From Promethearchaeota archaeon (GTDB lineage: Archaea > Asgardarchaeota > Lokiarchaeia > Sigyniarchaeales > SOKP01): 64,000 nucleotides of DNA. Positions 30,934-41,125 of the stretch are shown here, in pieces. Location of the stretch: assembly GCA_048937405.1 (NCBI GenBank), contig JBHLNF010000011.1:42119-106118 (forward strand), given 5' to 3'. The notes beneath the pieces are model-generated. The model did no database searches. It worked only from the letters and a program-made list of their open reading frames with translations, and was not told where the DNA came from. The first letter of the stretch is position 1, and each line of letters opens with the position of its first letter. The translations under genes and the position numbers were made by a program.

Positions 30934-31311
30934 TTAAATTTTGGCTAATTGTTCATATAAAGCTGGTAATACTTCCTTAAATTTATCATCTGGAATTTTT
31001 TCTAATATTTCAGCAGCAATAGTTTTTAAGATCTCTCGATATTTACCAGGTTTTTCATCTCTTCGAAGCAAAAGTGCGACCACATAATTTTCTACAGAAA
31101 TAAAATCTTGACCTACTCCAGAGAAAAATGATACAACTTTATTGTTTTTAAGAGCAATAGAGGCAAATCCTGGTTTAAGACTCTGATAACGATGACTGGA
31201 ATAAACTTGTGTGAGTAAATTATTAGTTATTTTTAATGTATCTGGATAAAATCCTTCATTGATCGGTCCAATTTCATTGTCCCAGCGGATTACAAGAATT
31301 CCTACAGGCAT
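30934..31311 (-). CDS. Small longin/uDENN-like protein
   Basis: GILVIRWDNEIGP...YP start followed by helix, three strands and helices. Confidence 0.55.
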   Translation of the reverse strand: MPVGILVIRWDNEIGPINEGFYPDTLKITNNLLTQVYSSHRYQSLKPGFASIALKNNKVVSFFSGVGQDFISVENYVVALLLRRDEKPGKYREILKTIAAEILEKIPDDKFKEVLPALYEQLAKI

Positions 31312-31591
31312 ATTTTTATACCAACAAATTTGTGTTTTGAAATAAATTTAAGAATAATAATTTAAAGACGTCATTCAATACAAGTTATCTTATAATTTTA
31401 ATATCTTTCTTTTATTTATTTCTTTTTATTTTTATATATATTTGTATTATCTAACTATTAATTAATTCAGATTAAATCCCTAATACAATTAATTTAAGAA
31501 AAAATTTAAATTAAAATTATAACTTTGATTTATTGTTGCCCTTAAAAGCTTAGAATTACTACTTTTAAAATAAAAATCTTATTTTTTCATT

Positions 31592-31768
31592 GGAGGGGTT
31601 ACCGAGTATGGTCAAAGCCATTTTACACCAAAATGGGTCAACTAAATTGCTAGTTTACACAAAACTATAGCAGGATAAGGTGCTGGACTTAAGATCCCGT
31701 GGCAAAGGCCTTCGTGGGTTCGAAATGTTATTAGGTTTCCTATAAACACGGTTTTCCCACCCCCTCCA
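31592..31768 (+). tRNA. tRNA-Leu(TAA) with non-canonical introns (D-loop insertion about 31614-31678; T-loop intron 31725-31754)
   Basis: Acceptor GGAGGGG/CCCCTCC-A, D stem ACC/GGT, anticodon loop CTTAAGA, long variable arm, T stem GTGGG/CCCAC; T-loop insertion bounded by a BHB-like motif. Confidence 0.88.
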
Positions 31769-31937
31769 CACTAAAAAAAAGATTCTTGAATAGTTTTAGC
31801 GGTTATAAAATTGAGGATTAATTTACTATAAAAGTAAATTTTCTATCTTTAAAACTATTAGAAAAAGAATTTAAACTAAGTATACAATATTTTTACTAAT
31901 CAAAATCATTAAAATTTTAAAAAATGGAGAAAGTGAT

Positions 31938-33218
31938 TTGAAACTTACAGAGATTATTGGATTGGAACAAAAACATGCTAAGCTATTAGAAAGTGAAGGA
32001 ATCTCTAACACTGAAGATTTAATATCACTTACAAAAAATCAAATTGGAAAACTCGCGAGAAAAATAGGGATTGCTGTAAAAACTCTTGATACTTGGCAAG
32101 AACACGCAGAATTAATGCAAATTCAAGGGGTGAATCCTGAAATTGCTAATGCATTAAACACCATTGGCATAGATTCTGTAAAGGAATTTGCACGAAGAAA
32201 TCCTGAAAGCACATTAGAAAAGCTAAAACAATTAAAGAAAGATAAACCTAAAGTTCTAACAAAACTACCTCCTCAAAAAGACGTTGAAAATTGGATTAAA
32301 ATCGCAAAAGATATTTCAGGAACACCAGAAAAGAAGCCAGCAAAAAAACCAGAGAAAAAAGAAAAATCAAAGTCATCACCTATACCACCAACGGATTATG
32401 TGCCAATAGAAGAATTTAAAGGTGATTATGGAGAATATGGACCAGATTATTGGAATAATAAATGGGAGACTGCACCAATAATTTACACAGGGAGGGCATT
32501 GAGGGCTGAAGTATATAAAAAACAAATAGATGTTGATGTTAAAGCATTTATTAAAAAAAATGATGCGATATTATGGCATGTTATAACCCAAGTAGGATTA
32601 AGGAGAGAAACTCCCAATGAAACGGCTTTTGTTATTCAGAATTTTGTTTGCAATTTCTTGAAATATAAATACGATGACTTAACAGCTGAAGTTCCTGAAT
32701 TTTGGTTATTCCCCTTCGAGAGTATCCAAGCAGAGGTCGGGGATTGTGAAGATGGAGCTATCCTGACTGCTGCTTTATTGATTAATGCCGGTATCCCAAG
32801 TTGGCGTGTAAAAGTAGCAGCAGCAGAAGTATTAGCTGATCCTATTTTTGCACCATCAGATACTGAAGTAGGTGGTCATTCTTACTGTCTTTATCTTGCT
32901 GATAGACCAGATTCTAAAAGGAAATTGGAATGGGTGATCCTTGATTGGTGCTATTTACAAGACCCAGAGGTGCCAGTAGAGCAAAAACCATTAGCTAGAG
33001 ATGGTGGAACGGAAGGTGCATATAAAGATGTCCTCTTTACATTTAACGATGAGTTTAGTTGGGCGCAAACTGCTTTAGAAGTTAAAGGAGGTCGGATTAG
33101 TAAAAATCGAACTACTAAAACAGATGAGATAATTGCCCCTATGAAGGATATTCTTAAACATTTAGCAGACGAAGAACTTAAAAAGATATTCAGAAAATAT
33201 GGTATCTATATTGAGTGA
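31938..33218 (+). CDS. DUF4332-like HhH domains fused to a transglutaminase-like cysteine protease
   Basis: LMQIQGV...IGIDSVKEFARRNP; Lys/Pro linker; GDCEDGA, GGH, ILDW (C-H-D triad). Confidence 0.75.
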   Translation: MKLTEIIGLEQKHAKLLESEGISNTEDLISLTKNQIGKLARKIGIAVKTLDTWQEHAELMQIQGVNPEIANALNTIGIDSVKEFARRNPESTLEKLKQLKKDKPKVLTKLPPQKDVENWIKIAKDISGTPEKKPAKKPEKKEKSKSSPIPPTDYVPIEEFKGDYGEYGPDYWNNKWETAPIIYTGRALRAEVYKKQIDVDVKAFIKKNDAILWHVITQVGLRRETPNETAFVIQNFVCNFLKYKYDDLTAEVPEFWLFPFESIQAEVGDCEDGAILTAALLINAGIPSWRVKVAAAEVLADPIFAPSDTEVGGHSYCLYLADRPDSKRKLEWVILDWCYLQDPEVPVEQKPLARDGGTEGAYKDVLFTFNDEFSWAQTALEVKGGRISKNRTTKTDEIIAPMKDILKHLADEELKKIFRKYGIYIE

Positions 33219-33416
33219 ACTTAACTAAATATTCTGGTGTTTTTAATCCATTATACTTTTAATTTTATGAAATACTGTTCTAAATAATCTTTTGAAAAAG
33301 TATAAACAAATAAATGAATCATTCAAATCTCAAATTTAGAAAAAAAAGATAAAATTGATAAAAAATAACTAATAGATTAATAGAACAATATTAAGTCCAA
33401 TTTCTTATTACTTAAT

Positions 33417-34970
33417 TTAATTTTTTTCTATTTCCTCTTCAGTAGCACCCATTACTGGTGTATCAGTCCTCGAAAATACGATGTTCATCTTTTTGATTGC
33501 GTGATATGGTGCGAGGGCCTCTTCAGATAAATCTTTTACGGTAACTCGTGCTCCTTGTTCACGAAGTGTATCCTGTAGTAATTTAATGTCCAACTCTTTT
33601 GGAGTTATATTATTAATCGCAGCTAGCGCAGCAGCTGTACCTGCAGCTTGACCTTGACATATACTAGGTGTACAATATCTTAATCCACCACCAGCAAAGG
33701 TTCCACATGAAAGTGTTGTACCTGCAGCCATAAGATTATCGATATCTTTAGAAACTAAACATCGATATGGTATATCATGAGGTAAGATATCATAAGCAAA
33801 TCTCCCAACTACCTCATAGATATCCGGAGGCATATTATTTATTGCAATAGAGTCCTCAAATGTCTTTCCCTTACGCATATCTCCTACTGTTAAGACATAA
33901 TCACCCTTTAATTTATGTCCAATCCCTGTACATGGAAGGTTGGGTGTGCTTTCAATATAAGAGTTCTCAAAACCAGGTACATTCTCCTTAAGCATTTTAA
34001 AGACTGCCCATACTTGCTTTCTAAGATCAAATTCGCAATCAGTCAACTCCTCAACCTCCCAACTCTTTGCACCAGGTTTAATTCTATGGATTGCATTCAT
34101 TACATATATCCGTCCCGCATTATATACATCTTGTATTTCAGAAAGAACAACAGCTTCACCTTTAATGTAAGCTCCTTCTTCTTTCGCTTTTTTAATCAAA
34201 CTTTTACCAGAATACATTTGTCCCCATTCTTTACGATTTTCTCTTTTAAAAGCTCTGAATTTTTCTATATCTACTCCAGCAATAAAGAATGCATTTAAAT
34301 AACCTCCAGCTCTACCCTTATTTCGTCCAATGGGGATTCCCTGATCTCCCATGCTAGCAGCTCCTGATTTCCATATGATATCTCCTTCTCCTGAAACATC
34401 TATTATTACTTTTCCTAAAATTGCTTTCCTTCCTTCCTTGGATTCAATGATAATACCTTTAAGTAAATTATCTTCCCTTATAACATCAGCCGCAAAAGTA
34501 TGATACAAGATCTTAACACCAGCTTCTTCCATCATGGTTTCAAGAAGAAACTTGTAATGTTCCATATCAAAACAAAGACCCCAACATCCCCAATAACCTG
34601 CTTCTGTCTCAACCAAGCGTTTCGGGAGATTTTCTGCTCCAACAGCTTTCATTACTAGATCTTTCAACCTAGTTCTCACACTCCTAGGAATTTCATCCAC
34701 ATTTTTTAGACCTCCACCTTCTTTAAGACGCCTAAGAATTTCTTGCATAATCCCACCATGCAACTCAGGATCGACAAATGAAAATATTGGATTATTTCCC
34801 TGTACTTGTAACCCTCCCATACTCCCAAACCTTTCTACTAGAAGAGTTTTAGCGCCATTTCTTCCAGAAGCAATGGCAGCACCTATCCCTGCTGGACCAG
34901 CTCCAACAACTATAACATCTACTTCATCCATTACTTCAATCTTTTTTTCAGGTTCAATAATTTCTTTCAT
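33417..34970 (-). CDS. FAD-dependent oxidoreductase
   Basis: DVIVVGAGPAG, IDVSGEGD, IPYRCLV...NLMAAG, GQAAGTAAA. Confidence 0.9.
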   Translation of the reverse strand: MKEIIEPEKKIEVMDEVDVIVVGAGPAGIGAAIASGRNGAKTLLVERFGSMGGLQVQGNNPIFSFVDPELHGGIMQEILRRLKEGGGLKNVDEIPRSVRTRLKDLVMKAVGAENLPKRLVETEAGYWGCWGLCFDMEHYKFLLETMMEEAGVKILYHTFAADVIREDNLLKGIIIESKEGRKAILGKVIIDVSGEGDIIWKSGAASMGDQGIPIGRNKGRAGGYLNAFFIAGVDIEKFRAFKRENRKEWGQMYSGKSLIKKAKEEGAYIKGEAVVLSEIQDVYNAGRIYVMNAIHRIKPGAKSWEVEELTDCEFDLRKQVWAVFKMLKENVPGFENSYIESTPNLPCTGIGHKLKGDYVLTVGDMRKGKTFEDSIAINNMPPDIYEVVGRFAYDILPHDIPYRCLVSKDIDNLMAAGTTLSCGTFAGGGLRYCTPSICQGQAAGTAAALAAINNITPKELDIKLLQDTLREQGARVTVKDLSEEALAPYHAIKKMNIVFSRTDTPVMGATEEEIEKN

Positions 34971-35060
34971 AATAATAACTTCTTATTATAAAAACTAAGT
35001 TTACTAATTAAGTTATAATAATTTCTGTAAAACTTAAATTTTATTTAATAATCATTTTTT

Positions 35061-35687
35061 CTATTCATCGAAATTTTCTTGAAATAATGATTCTCCACAG
35101 TTAGGACAAAAAGCAACCTCTCGACCTATTTCAGATCCACATTTAGTACACATGATTTTAAAATCTAAAGTTGGAGGAATATTCTGTATAACATTTTTAA
35201 AAGTGTTACTGAGAGCATCTTGTATTTCTGCAATTTTTTTGCTTTTTTCTTGATTTGGGAAGGAGTGTATAAAAATAGAAGATAGTTCGACAAGAAAATT
35301 CTCAACAAACTTGAGTTGTTCATAATAATTTTTATTTACCTTAAATTTCAATAATTTTTCTCCTACCTCAGTCAGTGAATATACTTTTCTTAAGGGTCCT
35401 ATTGGACTTTTTACTTGCTTGGCTTTTAAAAATCCATCTTTTTCTAATTTTCTTAATATTGGATATATTGTACCAGAACGTGCCTCCCATGTTCCTGCAA
35501 AATGTCTATTTAAATTCCTAATTAAATCATACCCAGAAAGTTGTTGACTATTAAAAATAGTTTCAATAATAGTAAATTCAAGTGGGGTAAGTTTACTTTT
35601 TTGAAGACCTTTAAGTAATTCTTCTTTTATAACAGAACTAAGTTCTTCAATAACATCCTCAAGATTCAGAAATTTGCCCAACCACAT
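35061..35687 (-). CDS. PadR-family transcriptional regulator with C-terminal zinc ribbon
   Basis: GYDLI...GTIYPILRKLEKDG...RKVYSLTEVG; CTKCG...FCPNCG. Confidence 0.88.
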   Translation of the reverse strand: MWLGKFLNLEDVIEELSSVIKEELLKGLQKSKLTPLEFTIIETIFNSQQLSGYDLIRNLNRHFAGTWEARSGTIYPILRKLEKDGFLKAKQVKSPIGPLRKVYSLTEVGEKLLKFKVNKNYYEQLKFVENFLVELSSIFIHSFPNQEKSKKIAEIQDALSNTFKNVIQNIPPTLDFKIMCTKCGSEIGREVAFCPNCGESLFQENFDE

Positions 35688-35699
35688 TTTATACTTAAT

Positions 35700-36212
35700 C
35701 TAAATATTTCTATGTTGTTTTTTTCTCATCTTTTCCAATTCTTTCTCAATCGCTCGCTCTTTTCTTGATACTTGTTTTCCAGATTTTTCAACTTTTTTAC
35801 TGAAAAATTGCATATATAAAATTATATGGAAAATGACAGCCATACCCCAGAAAATCGCAGGAAAATTCGCCCAATAAACTTCCTCTAGAGTAAAAATGTT
35901 AACAATATATAAAAATACTATAACAGAAATAAAGGATACAATGTGGAAGATTACCCCTCGCTTAGCCATTGGATAAACACCTCTTGCATATAAAATATAC
36001 GCTGTAATGTGCATACTAACTCCTATTAACCATGAAAATAATGGAAAAATAAACCAATAAAGTAAGGGTGTATAAAGTATATTTATTAAGATAAGCAATA
36101 AGTTAATAACAATATAAACAATAAAATGAATCTTCACAGAAAACCTATAACTTACCTTTTGTGCGGCAATCATTCTTAAATTTTCATCAGAAAATCCAGA
36201 ATTTTCATTCAT
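35700..36212 (-). CDS. Tandem 2TM-domain membrane protein
   Basis: Two copies of H..Y/F.....L..IN....W..(F)P...W......H. Confidence 0.75.
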   Translation of the reverse strand: MNENSGFSDENLRMIAAQKVSYRFSVKIHFIVYIVINLLLILINILYTPLLYWFIFPLFSWLIGVSMHITAYILYARGVYPMAKRGVIFHIVSFISVIVFLYIVNIFTLEEVYWANFPAIFWGMAVIFHIILYMQFFSKKVEKSGKQVSRKERAIEKELEKMRKKQHRNI

Positions 36213-36571
36213 TAATATCACTTTGAATCAATTAAATTATTAGAAAGATGAATTAACTTTATTTTTATTTAATAAATACTCATATATATATCTATTGTTG
36301 ATTCTACCTAGCGGTTGAATATGTAAAGATTTCCATGAAATCTTTAAAATTGAAAATTCGACATTTTATTAATCCAAGATAAATAATGAACTATGTTGAT
36401 TTTGATCAGTTCCTTTTCTAGATTCTTAAGATCTATAGTATTGTCAAAAATAATACTAATTATACTCGGAATAATAAAATCTTTCAATATGATTAGGAGT
36501 AGCAAAAACTATAAATATCAAATTTTGTAATTAATCTAAATCCTGCGTTAAATAAGATCAGCAAGTTTAAT

Positions 36572-37225
36572 ATGTCGAGTTTATCAGATTATCTCGAAAA
36601 ATTAGAAGCTTGGGACAAAAAAGCTTTCTTGAGTGTTTATAAAAGTGATTTTAGCAGGAGAACTAAAAAATTTGCTATTGTGTATGGATTTTTTGGTTCA
36701 TTGTATTTTTGGGGTCTTGTTTGGCTAATTTGGTTTATTTATGGATATGTTACAAAAGATTACTATTTACTTGTACTCTTTACAGGAGGTTTTGAGCAGA
36801 GTGTTATTATCCATAGTCTTATTCGCTACAAAATAATAAAAAGAAACCGCCCATTCATCACACTTAAAGAAAGTGGGGTGAAAAAGCACGACGACTTCAT
36901 CAGAATTCCATACATAATGAAAGAATCCGAAAAACAATCATTTCCCTCTGGACATGTTACATTTTTATTATTCTTTGGATTTGTTTTTGCTTATTTTTTT
37001 TCAACATACTTTTGGATTATCTTATCGATTTTTATTATTTTGGATATTCTAATGGCAGTTACAAGATTGATACTCGGTGTACACTTCCCTATTGATGTAA
37101 TCTTTGGATTTATTTTCGGAATGCTTTACGCGTTTTTATATTTAGGAATTACTTATATCTATTGGGTGAGATTTTATTATTGGTTGGGAGAAACTTTTTC
37201 ACCAATAATCCACTTTTGGCTATAA
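36572..37225 (+). CDS. PAP2-family phosphatase
   Basis: K...KRNRP, SFPSGH, TRLILGVHFPIDV. Confidence 0.9.
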   Translation: MSSLSDYLEKLEAWDKKAFLSVYKSDFSRRTKKFAIVYGFFGSLYFWGLVWLIWFIYGYVTKDYYLLVLFTGGFEQSVIIHSLIRYKIIKRNRPFITLKESGVKKHDDFIRIPYIMKESEKQSFPSGHVTFLLFFGFVFAYFFSTYFWIILSIFIILDILMAVTRLILGVHFPIDVIFGFIFGMLYAFLYLGITYIYWVRFYYWLGETFSPIIHFWL

Positions 37226-37440
37226 TATAAAAATATATTCTTTTACATTAGTTTTATCCTATTATTATAACTTATTCTGGTTATTCATTTAATATATATT
37301 AAGCAAAAATTGCAGAATTCTTTTTTGTTTTGAAAAAAATAAATGAAAATAAAGATTTAATGAACATTTCAAGAAAATAATACAAATTAGGAGGATATCT
37401 AAAAATTTTTTTGTTATAATCTTCTTGTCCAATTAATAGT

Positions 37441-38748
37441 ATGAAATTAATTATAAAAGATAGAAAAAAACAAAAAGTGCAATATCATCACAAATTTACT
37501 TCAGATTTCGACTCAGTAATATTTATTGTTTTATGGAATTCTCTTGGTTTCTTTTTCATAGAATTTATAATGAATTACTATATTTTTAAAGTTTTAGGAT
37601 ACCCTGCTTATAATGTAGGGTTCTATTTTGCAGCTATTACAGTTGGAGGATTAACAAGCTCAATTTTCATTGGATATCTCACCGATCGTTTTTCCAAAAA
37701 ATTATTAGTCATGATAGGAGCTTTTGGGAGAGGGTTCTCTTATTTTGGATTATATACTGCTATAATCATGGAGTCTCTAATAGGTATGTATATAAGTGCC
37801 TTTCTTTTAGGATTGGGGGCTTATATTTTTTGGAATCCATTAGATACAATAATCTCAGAAAAATCTTCAAAACATCATCGATCCTCTGCTTTTGGGAAGA
37901 GAAGATTTGCTTTAGGCATTGGAATGGCGCTTGGAACAGTAATAGGATTTTTAGTATTTATTATCTCAACTTTTTTCTTTCCAGGTAATGCATTTTTATT
38001 ATTTGGGGCTATTCCTATATTTGGAATCTCAAATATAATTGCAGGGATTCGTTTCTCAAGAAATGTTGATGAAAACAAAAAATTTGAATATCCTCAGATT
38101 GAAATTGAAAATAAAGTCGACTCCGAATTAGAAATAACTGATGAATCTTCAAAAAAATCACTAAATATGGTTTATTATTTTAGTATCCTAATATTATTTA
38201 CTGGTTTTTTTTTAACTGCAATCAATTTTGGACTTTATAGACCTTATATTCAAACTTATGTACTTACATATATTAGTGATAATCCTGTTTTAGTTGCATT
38301 TTTTTATTTACCAGCATCATTAATAGGTACATTAATCGCACCAAAATTAGGAACTATAGCTGATAGACTTAATACATACTTAACTATTACTATAGCAAGT
38401 TTTTTAGGTGGAATAGTAACCTGGTTAATTATTTATTCTAAAGATTTATGGATATTTGCAATTTTACTTATCATTGATAATACAATAATGTTAACTGTTA
38501 GTTTTGTATTTGTAAATTTCCTTAGTCGCGTTTCAATAAAACATAGGGGAAAAATATTTAGTATAATTAGCTTTTTTGAAAATTTCGGTATGATAATAGG
38601 TCCGGTCTTAGGAGGAATCGTATGGGAAAGTATCACCCCTCAAGCACCATTTATAATCTCAATTATTGTTGAATGGTCTCTAATACCTTTTTTTCTAATT
38701 GGAATGAAGCTTCTAAGCCCCAATCTTAGTGAATCTATTGAGGACTAA
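37441..38748 (+). CDS. MFS transporter
   Basis: 12 TM helices, GYLTDRFSKK motif A. Confidence 0.9.
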   Translation: MKLIIKDRKKQKVQYHHKFTSDFDSVIFIVLWNSLGFFFIEFIMNYYIFKVLGYPAYNVGFYFAAITVGGLTSSIFIGYLTDRFSKKLLVMIGAFGRGFSYFGLYTAIIMESLIGMYISAFLLGLGAYIFWNPLDTIISEKSSKHHRSSAFGKRRFALGIGMALGTVIGFLVFIISTFFFPGNAFLLFGAIPIFGISNIIAGIRFSRNVDENKKFEYPQIEIENKVDSELEITDESSKKSLNMVYYFSILILFTGFFLTAINFGLYRPYIQTYVLTYISDNPVLVAFFYLPASLIGTLIAPKLGTIADRLNTYLTITIASFLGGIVTWLIIYSKDLWIFAILLIIDNTIMLTVSFVFVNFLSRVSIKHRGKIFSIISFFENFGMIIGPVLGGIVWESITPQAPFIISIIVEWSLIPFFLIGMKLLSPNLSESIED

Positions 38749-38790
38749 AAAGAAAGGAATAAAAATTAAAATTCTAAATTTAATAAACAG

Positions 38791-39327
38791 CTAATACCAA
38801 TCAATAAAATCATCTAAAGGACGTCGTTTTCTTTCTATTGCTCGTGTTTTTTCTCGAGCTTCATCAATGTGTCCAATAGCAATAATTCCCATTAATTCAA
38901 ATTTATTTACTGGAAATTTAAATATCCCATTAACTTCTTCTTTTCGTTTCAAAATTTCTCCAATCCAGACCCCCCCTAGATCTTCTTGAGCATGAACACC
39001 TAAAAGAATATTTTGCATAAATGCTCCGATTGCTTGTATGTCCTTAACTCTGTCATATCCCCTCTCAAGATCCAAGAATATAACAAAATTAACATAGGCA
39101 TCTTCCATAGTACCACCGTACTTAGAGAGTTCTGAAAGCATTCTCTTAACTGTAGGATGAATCACAACACAAACTTTCCAAGGTTGGGTATTATTCCCAG
39201 ATGGCGCCCATTGAGCCCCTTCCAAAATGTTCATGATTATTTGCTTATCAATTTTTTGATAAATAAAACTCCTGATACTTTTTCTCTTTTTTATGAACTC
39301 TATAAAATCATTTTTAGTTAGTTCCAT
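38791..39327 (-). CDS. Nitroreductase family protein
   Basis: RKSIRSF, APSGNNTQPW, LGGVWIG. Confidence 0.9.
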   Translation of the reverse strand: MELTKNDFIEFIKKRKSIRSFIYQKIDKQIIMNILEGAQWAPSGNNTQPWKVCVVIHPTVKRMLSELSKYGGTMEDAYVNFVIFLDLERGYDRVKDIQAIGAFMQNILLGVHAQEDLGGVWIGEILKRKEEVNGIFKFPVNKFELMGIIAIGHIDEAREKTRAIERKRRPLDDFIDWY

Positions 39328-39501
39328 ATTTAAAACATGGGTAAAGATAATAATAAAAACTTTTCCTATAATTCAGTGCTTTCTGGGTATTATTTAGAGA
39401 TCCATCCAGATATTTCTTTTATTTATCTTTTTTAGAAATTAATTATACACTGAATATATGAAATTTAGTCTATTATCAGAAAAAATTACAAGGTAATAAA
39501 T

Positions 39502-39846
39502 ATGGGCAAACTTTGGGGAAAAAAGGAAGATCATGAATTATTAGGTTCACCGCAAGAAACAATGGGATTTTCTAAAGAATATTCTTCATTACTCCAAAAT
39601 TTTATAATAAGAAAATATGATTTTACAAATCTACACCAAATAGAAGATATAAAAAATCAATTATTAAAGAGAAAAATATTAATTATAAATGCAAAAGAAA
39701 TCCTTGAAAATATTGATGTTTCAGAGCTTAAAAAAGGAATAGAAGAAATTAAAACATTTTTAAGAGAAAATGGAGGGAGTATGGGAAGACTTGGAGATAA
39801 TTATTTAATAGTTACCCCAAATGCTCACGTAAAAATAGCTAATTGA
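39502..39846 (+). CDS. sepF: Cell division protein SepF (archaeal type)
   Basis: IKNQL...ILIIN...LKK.IEEIK...GGSMGRLGDNYLIVTP. Confidence 0.8.
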   Translation: MGKLWGKKEDHELLGSPQETMGFSKEYSSLLQNFIIRKYDFTNLHQIEDIKNQLLKRKILIINAKEILENIDVSELKKGIEEIKTFLRENGGSMGRLGDNYLIVTPNAHVKIAN

Positions 39847-39850
39847 TTTA

Positions 39851-41110
39851 TCATCTCTTTTTTCTTTTCTGGAGAATTTCTATAAAACTTTCAATTTGAT
39901 TGAGTACTTGAGTCTCATTCATTTTACGTGGATCGTTCATATCGCTTGTGATAACAAGTGAAGGAATATCTGATTCTTCCATTAATTTTCTTTTTAAATC
40001 ATACATTCCACAGGCATTAGGGCGACAGGAAAGATTATCATGCATTATAATACCATCAATTTTCCAATTTTTGATGATTTCCTTGAGCTTTTCAAATCTA
40101 GTCTTAAGATCATAAATGTACCAAAAACTTAAAGCTAATTCAGCCATTGTTTCTATGGGATTATTAATTGCCATTTCTTTTGTTATATTAGGATCAGCAA
40201 ATTTACTAAATGAATAGACATAGGTTTCAAAAACTATAATGGCATTCCATCTTTCTAAATTTGAAAAAAAACGAAGGTTATACCAAAAAGGAATTCCCAT
40301 AAAAGCTAATCTAGAATCTTCTTTTTTTAGTGCTCCTATTCCGTTATCAACCCGTTCTTTCGCTTCTTTGTACATTTTTTTATATAATCTAATCGGAGAT
40401 TTTAAACCAGGCATTGTAAATAATGGAAATAGACCTCCAAATGTATCTCTAGTAGAAACAGGACAAGGGCTACTTTTTCTTAACTCATAAATATCTTGCC
40501 ATACTTTTCCAAGTTCATAAGAATTGAGTGCAATTTCTTTTCCTTTTTCTGGATTGTATTCAGTACCTGCTAGTTCAGTTATAAAATCTAACAATTCCCA
40601 AAGTTGTTCTCCTATATATTTTTTAAAATATTCTCGTTGCCGATTATTTGTATTACTTACAACATGTGGAACATCAATGGTAAAATGAGGAACATTTAAT
40701 CTTTCTGCTTGAACTTGAAACCAATTAACATGGGTATCACAAATTACATCACTAGATAGCATAAAAGTTGGTTTTCTTGTTCCACCTACATTCATATTTG
40801 CATTACTTAAGACTGCTCCAACATTCGTCTTAAAATATGAACATAGGTCATAAGAGAATCCTTCATCCTCAGCTACTTCGATAAAATTTTGAGATTTACT
40901 CAAAGCAGCTGAAATTGTTGCTGAATTTTCAGGTAACATCGGTTGTACATCCATAGCATATAATAATTCCACAGGTGTACCTGCTGTAGCCCAGGCAGTA
41001 GGTTTACCTTCTCTATAAGCTTGTTCAATAGCTAAATAATGTCTCCCCATTTCATTCTTTAATTTATTTGTAGCATTCAACATCTTACCATCAGTTTTAA
41101 CTTTTGACAT
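39851..41110 (-). CDS. 2-hydroxyacyl-CoA dehydratase subunit (HgdA/FldB/benzoyl-CoA reductase-like)
   Basis: PENS, DLCSY, ICD, DG...H.NLSCRP, DMNDPR. Confidence 0.85.
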   Translation of the reverse strand: MSKVKTDGKMLNATNKLKNEMGRHYLAIEQAYREGKPTAWATAGTPVELLYAMDVQPMLPENSATISAALSKSQNFIEVAEDEGFSYDLCSYFKTNVGAVLSNANMNVGGTRKPTFMLSSDVICDTHVNWFQVQAERLNVPHFTIDVPHVVSNTNNRQREYFKKYIGEQLWELLDFITELAGTEYNPEKGKEIALNSYELGKVWQDIYELRKSSPCPVSTRDTFGGLFPLFTMPGLKSPIRLYKKMYKEAKERVDNGIGALKKEDSRLAFMGIPFWYNLRFFSNLERWNAIIVFETYVYSFSKFADPNITKEMAINNPIETMAELALSFWYIYDLKTRFEKLKEIIKNWKIDGIIMHDNLSCRPNACGMYDLKRKLMEESDIPSLVITSDMNDPRKMNETQVLNQIESFIEILQKRKKR

Positions 41111-41125
41111 TTTTCTCTTCCTCCT

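Noticed and set aside
31592-33218. Integrated element at tRNA-Leu (or at tRNA-Gly, 8688)
   Set aside because: No integrase and no duplicated tRNA 3' end was seen in the window
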